Of a stretch of DNA of 64,000 nt, positions 26,800 to 40,000 are shown piece after piece. The notes beneath the pieces were generated by a model, which was not told where the DNA came from, did no database searches, and saw nothing but the letters and a program-made list of their open reading frames with translations. The stretch comes from Chrysomallon squamiferum (Eukaryota; Animalia; Mollusca), in assembly GCA_012295275.1 (NCBI GenBank), contig CM022673.1, positions 28,024,001 to 28,088,000 of the forward strand. The letters run 5' to 3'. The first letter of the stretch is position 1. Every line of letters begins with the position of its first letter. The position numbers were made by a program, and so were the translations under genes.

Positions 26800-27214
26800 G
26801 ATTCATTCACTCTTTGACTTTTTACTGCTTGGGGTGGCAAGCATGTAAACAGGGGACTGATTAGATCACCTCAGTCGAAGGAGATAGTTTTATTTGTGTA
26901 ATCACGATTGAGCAGATAATTTGGTGTGTCGACAGAAACAGGTGAGTGCTGTTTGTGGCCTCAAGAGTAATTATAGTAATGAAAAAGGATATCAGTGCAA
27001 AAGTGAGTTAAATTATATAAATGATGATGATAATGATGATGATAATGATCATAGTAATAGTAACAGTAACATAATAATGATAATGATAACAAACATTTGT
27101 AATAAATAAATAAATGTAGTCGATTCTTTTCGCTCATAATAATTGAAGTTGTAGTAAAAATAGAAGGGAAAAATAAATTGGAAAAATGGTAGGAGTAATT
27201 TTGATCATAGCAAC

Positions 27215-27415
27215 AGTAGTAGTAGTAGTAGTAGTGGTAGTAAGTAATAGTAGTAGTTGCAGTTGTAGTAGATACAGTAACAGCAGCAGCAGCAACTGTA
27301 GCAGTAGTAGTAGTAGTAGTAGTAATAGTAGTAATAGTAGTAGTAATGGTAGTAGAAGTAAAAGTGTAACAATAGTGCTAACAGTAGTTGTAGTAGTAGT
27401 AGTACCAGTGGTAAT
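27215..27415. repeat. (TAG)n/(CAG)n compound microsatellite (longer allele at 49056-49365)
   Basis: Direct reading. Confidence 0.93.
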
Positions 27416-28689
27416 TTAAAAGTGTGAAAGAGATTAAAGATGTTGTTGTAGAGGATGCTGACACTGGCAGATTGTGCTGGACTATCTACCAGAAATATCT
27501 CACATTTGTTGTATCGTGAAGGCTGCTAACAGGATTATTGGGTAATCATGTACCGGATATTATGTTGGAAAGCATTTTTCTCAAGGAAAAACTGGCAAAT
27601 TGAATTGACGTTTTTCAAACTATTGCCTTTTAATGATAATTCCGATTGTTGAAAAAAGATGGGTTACTTAAAATAGCCATAAAAGTTAACACCCTCGCCC
27701 AGCACAATGGAGTGGAAAGAGGAAAGTCATTTTTGGTTAAGCTGAACAAAATGAGGTTTTAATTTTTTGGTAAGTGGACCATAGCAGAACGTGAAACCGG
27801 CTTTTCTGATACATCCGTGTCTGAATTTAAGCAATTTGTAGTCTTGTTTTATTAATTGTTTATTGAGTATTGGTGTAATTTTTTTTTTTTTTTTTTTTTT
27901 CAAAATGAAAAAAAAACAAAAAAACATGTATTTGTAAAATATATATGTTCGTGTTTTTGTGTTAAATGTCTGTGTATGTGTGTGTATGTTTGTGTATGTG
28001 TGTGTATGTGTGTGTATGTGTGTTTATGTTTGTGTATGTGTGTGTATGTGTGTGTGTGTGTGTATGTGCGAGTGTTTTATACAAGCATTTTCACGTGTTT
28101 TTAAAGTTGTCATTTTGTCAATTCAGATTTTCAAGTATTTTATTTACATTCATCTCAATTTAATGTACTTGTATTTTATACCAGAATCTATGAAGTTAAA
28201 ATAAGAAAAATTATTAACAGTATAGAGCAATAAAAGGGTACAAAAAAAAAAAAAAAAATTAAATAAAAATGGATATTAAAATACAGTTCAGAACATGCAA
28301 TGTGTGTTCAAATATTAGAATAAAAAAAACAACAAATAGTAGGATGATAATAATGCAACATATATTAATAGTCCAAGACATAAAAATTATTGCAGAAACT
28401 GTTATTTTCAAATAAAAAATTTAATAGTAGGACATTTAAAACAAATAACAATTACTATATCCAGAATAGATTTTTTTTAAAACAAATATTTTTTTTGTAT
28501 TTAAAGATAAAAACTAAAAAAAAGAAAAAAATTATTAAAACATTTGATCAGGCCCATCAGCAAATGGGACTTGATGAAGGAAAATTCCATTTCATTATAA
28601 ATATTTAATCAGGCTAAGAACTTAACCATGTACACTATGTTAGATAAACAAGAGTTGGGATAAAAAGTAAATTGTTTCAGCTATAAAAC

Positions 28690-29174
28690 GTATAATGTTG
28701 CGCTGGTGGAAAAAAACACACAAGGACTCCATCCAGAAAATGATATTAAGTTTGCTTTGTGCTGCCCGAGCAATGGGCAAAAGGGAACCTATCCTCTTCC
28801 ATTCTGTTTTCAGAAATGAACTTTATATTTTTTTTTCGCATTATTGCTATTGATTTTTACAAGTTGATTACCATGCTGCAGATTATAATATGGATACTGC
28901 CGGGGTATACGTTCCGTTGCCATGGAGATATTTGATAGATATGCAGAGTAGATAATGCCTGCGTATTGCCGATAAAAACAGTTGATTTAATGGCCAATGT
29001 GTGGACTCACAAATAAGACTGCAAGCCGCGGCCCAAGAACACGTCACAGGGAACGGACGGACACATGAGGCTTAGTTCCAGAGTGCAGAGAAATCTGTCT
29101 TGCTGCTGAAAGGGAACAAAACAGCGTTTTCCTGCTATTTGAGATTTATTTCCAGTGTGTGTGTGTACCCAAGA

Positions 29175-29209
<35 letters not shown>

Positions 29210-29560
29210 ATATATATATGTATGTGTGTATATATATATGGATATATATCTCCGCTGAAAGAAAGACACTGGCTGTTCCCGAGAGTGAGACAAACTCGTT
29301 GTATTGCAAGTCATTAATGGCTTTTAAATGGCAGTAATCAGACAACAAAACTGGCAGGTGTTTGCCAAAATAAATCAATTTGCATTAACTCTTTTCATAT
29401 TTCTATTGTATATGCAATTGATCTCCTCGAAATCCCACTGCGACTGATACGTAGATTAAAAACGGTTTTATTATATATCATAGCCGCATGGGTTGACACG
29501 GAGATTAACAGTTCAGTGGTATCAGCAGACCTCTCAGTGTGATTTGTGGCTACCTACAGC
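28690..29560. promoter_or_regulatory. CpG-containing island with RFX X-box (28916-28929) and homeodomain TAATGG sites; putative enhancer
   Basis: GTTGCCATGGAGAT, TGATTTAATGGCC (~28983) and CATTAATGGC (~29313). Few differences from copy 2. Confidence 0.4.
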
Positions 29561-29584
29561 CTGCTTATTCTTCAATGTATGAAT

Positions 29585-30308
29585 ACATACATACATACAC
29601 ACATACATACATACATATATACATACATACATACCTACATACATACATACATACCTACATACATACATACATACATACATACATACACACATACTGCATA
29701 CATACACACATACATACATACATATATACATACATACATACATACATACATACCTACATACCTACATACATACATACATACATACATACATACTGCATAC
29801 ATACACACATACATACATACATATATACATACATACATACATACATATACATACATACATACATACATACATACATACATACATACCTACATACATACAT
29901 ACATACATACATACATACTGCATACATACATACATACATACATTTTATACATACATAGATATATACATTTATACATACATACATACACACATACATATAC
30001 ATACATACATAAATACATACATACATAGATATATACATACATACATACATACATACGTACGTACGTACATACTGCATACATACATACATTTCATACATAC
30101 ATACATATATACATCTATACATACATACACACATACATACATAAATACATAAATACATACATACATAAATACATCTATACATACATATACATATATACAT
30201 CTATACATACATACACACATACATATACATACATACATAAATACATACATACATATACATACATAAATACATACATACATGCATACATACACACACATAC
30301 ACACATAC

Positions 30309-30347
<39 letters not shown>

Positions 30348-30376
30348 TACATATGTACATACATACATATATATAT
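29585..30376. repeat. ~790 bp (TACA)n satellite with TACC/TATA/CTG variants (shorter allele 51544-52147)
   Basis: Direct reading. Source of the longest ORFs (HTYI/MYVC repeats). Confidence 0.98.
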
Positions 30377-30425
30377 GATTTTTTTCATAGTTGTTAAAGG
30401 AAGTAAAACAAAATTAATTATTTCA

Positions 30426-30456
30426 TTATTATTACTACTACTACTACTATTATTAT

Positions 30457-30503
<47 letters not shown>

Positions 30504-30560
30504 TTACTACTACTAATAATAATACTATAACTGCTACTGCTACTACTACTAATAATGATA
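30426..30560. repeat. (ACT)n/(ATT)n microsatellite
   Basis: Direct reading. Confidence 0.95.
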
Positions 30561-33500
30561 ACAATGATCTTGAAGGTAGTAATGATAATGCTGATGATAA
30601 TGGCCATGATGATAAGAAATGATTTTCTTTTAAATCTAATAACTGTAACATGATCCAAAGTGTTACATAAATTTCATTTTGCATCCATTCATTGCGAATA
30701 GCTTTAGGTTAAAAAAAATATATGTACAGTGTAGTGAGCTGATAGGGTTTTTCATGTTTTGTTATTTTTATTTTTACTTCCAAGTTTGTCATTTGACTAC
30801 AGGCAGGAATGTATTGTACTTTTTGAACTGTACTATTTTAGTGCATGATTAAATTGGCTATCTCCTTTGTTTTACACTTCTGTTACACTTTTGTATTGCT
30901 AAAAGTTCAGATATATTTAAATTTAAAAAAAAAAAAAATTTAATGAAAAAAAGAAGAAGAAGGAAAGAAAAAATATATACATATATGTGATACCAGATGA
31001 AATAATTATATCATTTCCTTGTATTTTGTACTCTGTATTCAGATTCAGAAAAAGAAACAAAAAAAAATGTTTTTGTTGTTAATGCTTAGTTTCAGTTGTC
31101 CAATTTGTTTAAAATAGTTTGTAAATTGAATATTTTTTCTTACTTTTTTATAAAAAATTTAAATTTTGCTTCTTCTTTTTTTTTTATGTAACCCAAAATA
31201 AATTTTACAGCAGCTTTAAAGAAAATATATATATAAATATATATATATGTATATATATGTTCTCAGAAATAAAAAAAATGATACATTTTTCTTAGCCTTG
31301 TTAAGAGTAAATTGGCTGACTTCATTTCTCAATGTCACATTTTGTGTATATTTTTAATATGAAAAGTTTTAATTTTCCTCTTTGCAATTTAAGGGGAAAT
31401 GCTGTTTTTTAATCCCAGTTTTCTTTACAGTATACTTAAATTAGGAAAACAGTATTTTCTTCCTACTGTTCAGAGTGAACTGGCTTTATTCATCTTTGGT
31501 CTTAGAATGAAAAATAATTTATTTTATTCTTCATATTATTAAAGATAAAAGAAAGCTTACTTCTTAGATGAAATATCAGATACAGTCAGATACGTTTAAA
31601 TATTAGGAAAACAATGTTTTTCTCACCATTATTTCTAATAGTCTGACAGTCTTTATCTTCATCTAATAATGATAAATGTACTTGTACAAAAGTACACTTC
31701 TTTTTTTTTTTTTTTTCCCTGTAACGACAAATCGGACAGATATATCTCAAGTGAAATTACTGGCTATTGTCTTCCACCATTGTGAGGCTGCACACACACA
31801 CACACACAGACACACACACACACACATTTTTCATTGTTGCATTCACCGATTGTCGATGGCTTGCGATACTGCATATGATTGGGACGTGATTGATGCCAAA
31901 ATTTATTCCCCAAATCACAGTCTTGTTTAACTGTTTTTCTATTTCTGCAATAACATAATCAATATGTACAGCACTTAATTAACCTACATCTCTCGCTGCT
32001 CCTCCCCCCCTTCTGTGCACACCTCCCCAGCCCTCTGGCCCCTCCCCCCTGTGTGTGAAATGTGTTGACGTAATGAGGTTTGTGTGGATACGTGTGTACG
32101 TGTGTGTGTGTGTGAGTTTGTTTTGTCGCACGCTGGTAATGACAGTTCTTTACTCACTGCTGTCGACTGCTACGAAGGTTTCTGCGTTAATTTCAGGCGG
32201 GTGTTTATTCAGTTCTTTGCGCTGTACCAGCTAATGTCATCAACAGTTTTAGTTACACTCCAGTTCAGTAATAAGATGGATTGTTTTAGAACCACGCCAT
32301 GCATTAAACGTGATAATTAATGAGATGCCGTTTGATAACAACGTTTCATATGTGGAATAAAAATAAAAAAATTTTTTTTTTTTTTTTTTTTTTTAAAATG
32401 AACAAAAGAATGTTAAGTGATAGTTGTATTTACATAAAGTTATACAGAACATAATTATATTTTATCTTAGAGTATTTGTATAAATATCATTATGGATATG
32501 AGTGTGTACATTTGTGTGCATGCATACATGTGCGTGTGTGTGCACCTACTATGTAATATTTAATATTTTGAAGCATGGCAGGATCTGTATAGATTGTTAT
32601 TATTTATGATGATCAAGATACTTATAAGTGTTGTATTAAAAATCCCAAACAATTTGAAGTTTAAAACAATTCTTAAACTACGTTCATTTATTGCACATTT
32701 TTGTTGAAATGTGTATATTACTTTGATATACACACACACACAGAAACACACAGACACACATATGCACAGAAACACACACACACACAGAAACACACAGACA
32801 CACACAGAAACACACAGACACACCTATGCACAGAAACACTTCTGAAATACTTAACATTCTGCTACCTCATTAAATCACAGTTTTACTATTAAAATGAGTA
32901 ATAAATTCCAGTAATAAATTCCAGTTATGAATTTTCTAAAATCTATCTGCTATTTGACCATCACAGTCATTTGGCCAGATCTTTAAACAAAACATCATTT
33001 ACTTTTAATCCTCTCTTGTTTCTTGAAATGTAATAAAATACTTATTTTAATCTGATATATATATATATATATTATTTAACCATTGCAACATTTAGAATAA
33101 CGAGCACCTTGCATTATGTTTCAATTTTTATTTTTTTTACCAAATCAATCAAATTGTAAATTAAAATATACCTGTATTTAACCAGTCACCGTATCATTTT
33201 TTGTATTTCACAATACAATATATTGATTAATTTTTTTATTTGTTAACAAAATCCTGAGCATTTTTATTTTTTTACTTTTGAAACAAGTCCAGTTGTCATG
33301 TTTTATTAATTCTGTTGTTTTGTTTTTAACACTTTTTTTTTTTTAAACCACCTATACTGCTTAACGAGTGAACAACATTTGATGTATTTCACAAACATCT
33401 ACGCCTCTCATTTTAATACTCACAGTTTAACATATTGATTATTTTCTCCTTTTTTTTTTCATTCTTATTTCTAAAGAATACAATCCAATCATCTCATTTT

Positions 33501-34251
33501 TATTATTCACAACAATAATAATAACAACAAAATACATAAATAAAACCTATTAGTTTTGTTTCAAAACTTCTTCTTTTTTTTTTTTTTTTTTTGGTTGGTG
33601 AAAAAAAAACATTCACCTAGTTAGTACTGTTACACAACAGATAGATTTCGTTTTGTACCAGTTTGTGTTTTGTTATTCGCAGAACCGAACGAAAGATCAG
33701 TCATTCGCTTTTTGTATTTGTCATCTTTTGACATCACAACATGGAGCCGCTAACCGTTTTCCATTCCGCGCGTGTCATGTGACTAATAACCACCTTGCAC
33801 TGTCCCATGCTACGTACTGGCCTGGCCGAGCATTGTCTGCGTATTAATCATGTTTGGCCGGTCAGACTGAGCCTCTACCAAGATGGAACAATAAGTCAGT
33901 AGAAGAGATGTCTAAGTGTTTCTTAACATGTAATCGATGTTTAGGTGCACACAAAGTGGAGTTTTGTTTTTTGTCTAATCATATGTAGAAGTAGAAGAAG
34001 AAGTAAGAGAGAGAGAGAGAAGGAATATGTAATGTTGTGATGTAATCTTCTTATGCAAGGCACAAAGGAATGTGTTTGCTTCATGGTGTTACTGTAATGG
34101 ATTGGTTTGAATAAATGTCAGCCTTTTTTTCTCTTTTTTTAAAGACTGGTAAATTGTGTGTTTTTTTTTTTTAAACTTTTTTTTTTGATTGTTGATTGTT
34201 CTGAAATCAGTAATAGAAGTTAATAATGAGAATTTGTATCTCTGTTTCTGT

Positions 34252-34284
<33 letters not shown>

Positions 34285-34328
34285 CATATATATTTATTTT
34301 GAAATGGTTATGTGTGTGTGTGTATATA

Positions 34329-34361
<33 letters not shown>

Positions 34362-35168
34362 CATGTATAGATGGATGGATGGATGGATGGATGGATAGAT
34401 AGATCATGATGTTTTTTTTTGTGGTTTTTTTGCCAAGATAAATTGCAGTGATCAGATTAAATTTTTTATTTTCAAAACTGAATTTTACGAGTAAATAAGA
34501 TTTCTGTAATTAAGAAGGGCAATCAAATATTTTTAAATTCACAAAAATATTTTTATACATTAATACATATTCTTTGAAATATTTTCATTATTATTACTAT
34601 TATTATTTTAAAATTAGAGAGGTAACATTTATTTCATTTAAAAAAAAAGAAGAATAAAATGTGATAAATAAAAGTCAATAATAGCGTCTTACATACGGTT
34701 TTATCTGAGATGAAGAATTAAACTGAATTGTGGTCAGATCAGACAAATTGATTTTGTTAACCAGTGACGGTTTAGTCCAAACAGTTGATAAACTTTCTCC
34801 TTTGAAGACAGAAATGATTAGATTTTTACAAAAAAACATTCAAAGTGATTTACACTGAGTATATTTTTATCTTTGTTGTTGCTGTTTCGTTTTCAACATG
34901 GAAATGCACCGTTTCCAGAAATTATTCAGAATGATGAATGATAATATCTGACAAACTTCCACGGTCCTCACTGTGAATATTTCACTCTTCAGTTGTAAGA
35001 TTTGAATCTGTTTTCCACAAATATTCACAATAATGAAAAGATTGTTATTTTTTTATTTTATTTTTTATTTTTTTATTCCCACAACCAGCATTGAATTCAT
35101 AATCTTTTTTTTCTAAATTTTCGTTATTATTTATTTATTTGTTTGTTTGTTTATTATATTTTTTTATC

Positions 35169-35169
<1 letters not shown>

Positions 35170-35213
<44 letters not shown>

Positions 35214-35219
35214 TTAATA

Positions 35220-35251
<32 letters not shown>

Positions 35252-35252
35252 T
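35170..35252. repeat. Head-to-head (AAT)n/(ATT)n inverted microsatellite
   Basis: An AAT run switches to an ATT run across ATATTAATAATT, so the tract is self-complementary. Also present at ~56888-56968. Confidence 0.9.
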
Positions 35253-36401
35253 ACTTTTTGTACTTTTTTTTTTTGACTACTGCACCGTTTATATATAAAA
35301 TAAGTCTTTTGAACTAAAAATTTCAAATTACTATTACCTTTTGGGGTGGGGGTGAGTCTGTTTTCCAAGTTTGTATGATTTTATTATCAAAATTGTTTGT
35401 TTGTTTTTTCTTCTTATTTTTTTTAAATGTGTTTCATTTCCAAAATATCAAAAAATATTTTGTACAATTCTGTTTTTTTTCAAATTTAGAATTATTCATA
35501 TATAGATAGATATATAGATCTATAGATCTACTACTACTGCTATTACTACCTCTTTTATTTCTTAATGCTCATAAAGATATCTTATTAACTGCTGCAATTT
35601 CTTTATTCAAAATATTTCCTTTCTTCTTCTTCTTCTTCTTCTTCTTCTTCTTCTTCTCCTGCATCTCTCTGTGTCAGTGCTGCTGTTGTCTGCACACCAC
35701 GACATGCACATGTACATATTGAAGACGATGCCAGTCCAAAGCCTCTGCTTGAACAGATCTTCTTGCCTACCTCCCTTGAAAGAAGTCGTTCTTCTCGTAA
35801 GCTGCTTTCAGTTGACAAAAGATCAGTTGCTGCATTGCCCATGTCTTTTCACTTATCACAGCTTTAAACAAAAGTTCAAACGACCCTGTAATAAAGTGAT
35901 TATTGGATTTTGCTGTAGGAAAATAGAATACCTACTTTGGTCGATGATGGAGCAAATCGTTGATAATCGGAGAAAATATCTCTGAAATGCTATCCGTATT
36001 GTGGCTTTATTTTTACTGTTGATGTTTCTGTTATTGTTTTTAATGTCTAGTGTGTGTGTGCTCTGCTATTTCAACAAAAAAAAAAAAAATAAAGAAATAA
36101 AAGCAGGATAAAACAGATATTGAGTTTATTGTACACAGTAAAATACAAACAGGTATGCCTGTATTTGAAATTGCCTTTTGTTTGAAACAGAAGAGCTGAG
36201 ACAAAGCTGTATTAAAAAGAATTGTTGTATATTGTTCTTTTATTATTCTTTTCTGATTTAGAAACCCTTGACTGTGCTATAATATTGATCTAGTCACTGA
36301 ATGATATTTAAAAGTTTTCATTTGACATTTGTTGAAGAAGAAGAAAGAAAAAACTGTTGTTCTACCAACTTTTATTATTATTTCTAATGGAATCTATGAG
36401 T

Positions 36402-36660
36402 ATTTGTTAAATGAGTCATGAAAACATTTTTTTAATATTAATGGTTGTTTGGTGTCAGTCACTAGATTTCTGTATTGTAATAATAATGATTATAAAAGAT
36501 AAAGACTGCAGCTGCCACTATTTCTTTTATCAATCAGCAGCAAGGATTTTTTTAATGATCTCATGGGAAAATATAGAAGAACTTTTCTTACATCAGTCAT
36601 GGGATGTTGGCTGGAATGGGAAAAAGCTCATTAAGCTCATTATACTTCAAGTCATCATTC
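36402..36660 (-). mobile_element. Decayed SINE (same family as 426-732); more complete allele at ~58124-58410
   Basis: AACATTTT..ATGGTTGTTTGGTGTCAG, TCAGCAGCAAGGATTTTTT and CATCAGTCATGGGATGTTGGCTGGAATG(G/A)GAAAAAGCTCA, collinear with the reverse SINE consensus. Confidence 0.6.
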
Positions 36661-36705
36661 TACAGTCTGGCTGTTTTTAGTGTAGTTATGTTAATGGTAT
36701 TATGA

Positions 36706-36737
<32 letters not shown>

Positions 36738-36889
36738 AATGGCACTATTTTAAATAAAATATTATATAGTATTCATTACAGTATCACTGATATAATTTCA
36801 AATTTCCATCATTATTTTAATAGAAGTTAGATATTCCAGTAGACTGTATTCAGTGTTTTATGTACTGTACTATGCAGTATAAAATTTAT

Positions 36890-36933
<44 letters not shown>

Positions 36934-37009
36934 TCTGACATCATTTTAATACATTTTTACTTATTCAGGCAGTATTGCATAGTTTGTATAATATTACATA
37001 GCTTCCTAC

Positions 37010-37225
37010 CATTTAATACAGAGTTATAAAGCCTGTATACTAATAATACAGACTGTGACGTAGTTTTACACTGGGAGGCTTAGCCAGTAATACAATGTTG
37101 CAAAAACTGGTAATCTTTAAAACAATGTTACAAATCCATTATAGCTTGTAGTACAATGTTACAATGTTACATATATTAGTAGAATGTAACACAAAGGTCC
37201 CTTTTTATGTAACAGTGTCAAATTA
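37010..37225. repeat. Degenerate ~25-30 bp minisatellite (TA(A/G)TACAATGTTACA core)
   Basis: taatacagagttata, taatacagactgtga, taatacaatgttgca, aaaacaatgttaca, tagtacaatgttaca, tagtagaatgtaaca. Confidence 0.7.
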
Positions 37226-38076
37226 AATAAAATGATGACAATAGTGTGAAAGTCTTTTTAAGACCAGACAAAAACTCACTCATCCCACTAACACCTTAGC
37301 GAAGCCTTTTACATAAGTCTGTCAGTAGGTTATGCATGTAGATCTTTAACATTTGCCCCCTGCGCCACAAACACTGCTTTGACCATAAGCCCTTAATAAG
37401 GGTAGGTCCAGGGTAGTTCACACTTTACAATTGTCAACTGCACTGGTCTCAAATGGAATCAGTAAATATTACATCATGCACACAAACAGGTACTTAGCAT
37501 GTGTTTATTTGCTTATAACTGGAAGTAAGTAGGGGTGCTGTACAGTAACGTAACTACGTACACTTCATTGTTACGCTGTAATTGTCGAATTTGATTTGTA
37601 GACCCCCAGGGCAGTACATGCAGCTTGGCTTTTTCATTGAAACAGAAAGGATGAAGATCATTGAATTTTTTTATTTTTTTTATTTATTTATCTATTTATT
37701 TATTTTTTTTATTAACCCCAAACTTTATTACTTTCTCATTCCAGTTTATACTTTTGTTTATAGTCTCTTAGACCATTATTTAATTTGTTTATTTTGCTAG
37801 CTGGTGTAATTAAGTGGTGCTGGAATGAATTGTCTATGGTAGTGTCAACTGTTGGTTTGGACATGTTTAGGTAATTTATTGCAGTAGCAAGGACTATTAT
37901 GATATTTGTGTTACCTAACTTAAGGGCACATTCCCTGTTCAGGATGCCTGTAATTAATGTGTATTATAAACAAATAAACAGTTTATGTCATTGAAGTTAA
38001 ATCTTTGATTACAACCTTCAGTTGAAGTTGATTTAAAGTGATCTTATGTTTATGCATTTATGGACAACATACTGTG

Positions 38077-38115
<39 letters not shown>

Positions 38116-39985
38116 CATGCATGCATACTCAGATATACATTTAGCTATGTAAATGATTTTTATAACACCAGAAATATTTTTGGTATTTGATATATAGGTT
38201 TTAGGTGTTAAAAAATAATAAATAAATAAATAAATAAATAAATAAAATTTGAAAAAAAAAATAAAAAGTAAAGGACATTTCACCAGCAAGTTTATTTTTA
38301 AATTTATTTCATTTTCATTTATTTTTAATGTTTTATTTAGTTTTAGATCATTGTAATTAACTTATTTTAAAATTTATTTTATTTTAGCTTTATTTTACTC
38401 CTATCTTACCTTTCTTTTCTTTTTCTTTTTTCTTTTTCTTTTTTCATTTTTTTTAATATATTTTATTTTACATCAATTTACTTCCAATTTTTACTTTATT
38501 TATTTATTCCCTTTTTCATTTTTGCTGTATTTAATTCGATTTCGCCAGAAACTTATTTACAACTGACTCTGTAACTACTGTGTCATGTTGCGCTGTGTCT
38601 GAATTCAATTCGCTGGTGTATGTTAACAGACTTTTTACTGCTAAGTTGACGGATTATTCTACGTTTTACTGTCAGTTCTCTGACACTAATTAGTCGTGGA
38701 TTTTGTAATCGGTGTTTGCTTATTAAGTTACCATCCATTCCACTGCCTCCACTCTTATTTGTACCATTGGTCACAGCGACTCACTCGCTCGAAGAATCTG
38801 TTCTATTCTAGTTTGGTGCTAAATCTTAACGGTGTTGCTCGAAGCTAACTATTAAAATAATCATTCGCTGTCTATTCTTGTCCACTATTCAAGTTATATT
38901 TCGTACTCGACTTTATCAATGAAAAGTCAACGATGGAGGGGAAAAAAAGATTCTGTTTCACGTATTTAACAGTCTTATGACATTTGAAATGAATCCAGAT
39001 AAATATGTATGTGTTGCTGTTGGCGTAGTTTTCACCTAGAAATAAAAATACACTTTTGTTAAAAATAAAATTGTAGGAGGAGGATAATTTTGTTTTGTAC
39101 CTTTAATTCAAAATTAAAAACAAAAAATTCACTTGATTTTTTAAATTGTGTGTGTGTGTTATATATATATATATATGTAAAATGATTCCATGATTGGATG
39201 ATAGGAGACCTATAATGTGAAAGTTGGTGTGTGTATTACTTAATTTCTTTTCTATACAAAAATTACAATAAAAAAAAGAAAAAAATGAATAGAAATATTT
39301 ACTTATTGTTATTTATAGAAATATGTATCACTAAACAGTTTTACTTAAAAATAATAGTTGTAAGAAATTTAGTTTGAAGTTTGAAGATAATCATGAAGGT
39401 TAACTCTTGCTATTTAAAATGTTTTCTAGATCAGTATAATGTCACTATATAAATATAGTATATTTTTAATTTTAAAATATTCATTTGGAATATGTATGCA
39501 TTTAATTTGATCTGTTTTTAATACTGTATATAATGCAAAATTGAAATTTTGTATTTATTAATATTTTTAAATTAAAAAAAAAAATGTATATTATTTTCAT
39601 ATCAGATATTTCAAATTATTATTCATAATTCTTCTTCAAGTTAAAAATGACCGTGCACTCTTGACCATTAACCTCAGTGTGTGTCCGTGTGTGTGTGTGT
39701 GTGTGTGTGTGTGCACAGGATTGATAATAAATATATTTTTACTGCTTACGGTCACAATGAAATGCATTTTAATACGCGCCCAGGCTAAAATCATGATGTC
39801 ATAACAATGAAACTGCATTAATCACAAACGACACAGGTTCTTGTCTTGTGTCTGAATTTCCATATTTTCCCCAAATCCAATTTATATGCTCAGTTGGCCC
39901 AGTAATTTAGGGAAAATCTTGATGTAACTCTGCATGTGCCTAACAAAGAGATGTTACTACCAACTTAACCCTCTGCCATTATCTC

Positions 39986-40000
39986 ATTTGCATAACAATG
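39986..40000 (-). promoter_or_regulatory. Perfect Sox-POU(octamer) composite element CATTGTTATGCAAAT (copy at 61658-61672)
   Basis: The plus strand reads ATTTGCATAACAATG, a 15/15 match to the canonical HMG-octamer composite. It sits in the largest CpG-containing island (39640-41050). Confidence 0.5.

Noticed and set aside
35831-35862. miR-71-like sequence on the minus strand (TGAAAAGACATGGGCAATG) next to miR-2-like TATCACAGC
   Set aside because: An extra base disrupts the seed, the 3' part diverges, the two words are on opposite strands, and there is no pre-miRNA hairpin.
35603-35985. Overlapping open frames after a (TTC)n tract with acceptor-like gtgtcAG at 35677
   Set aside because: No recognisable protein. 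In the plus-strand frame opened by that acceptor, the differences between copies are amino-acid-changing (V/A, P/T). The pyrimidine tract is simply a microsatellite.
37352-37368. CTCF site (TGCCCCCTGCGCC)
   Set aside because: Lacks the conserved TGG end of the core motif.
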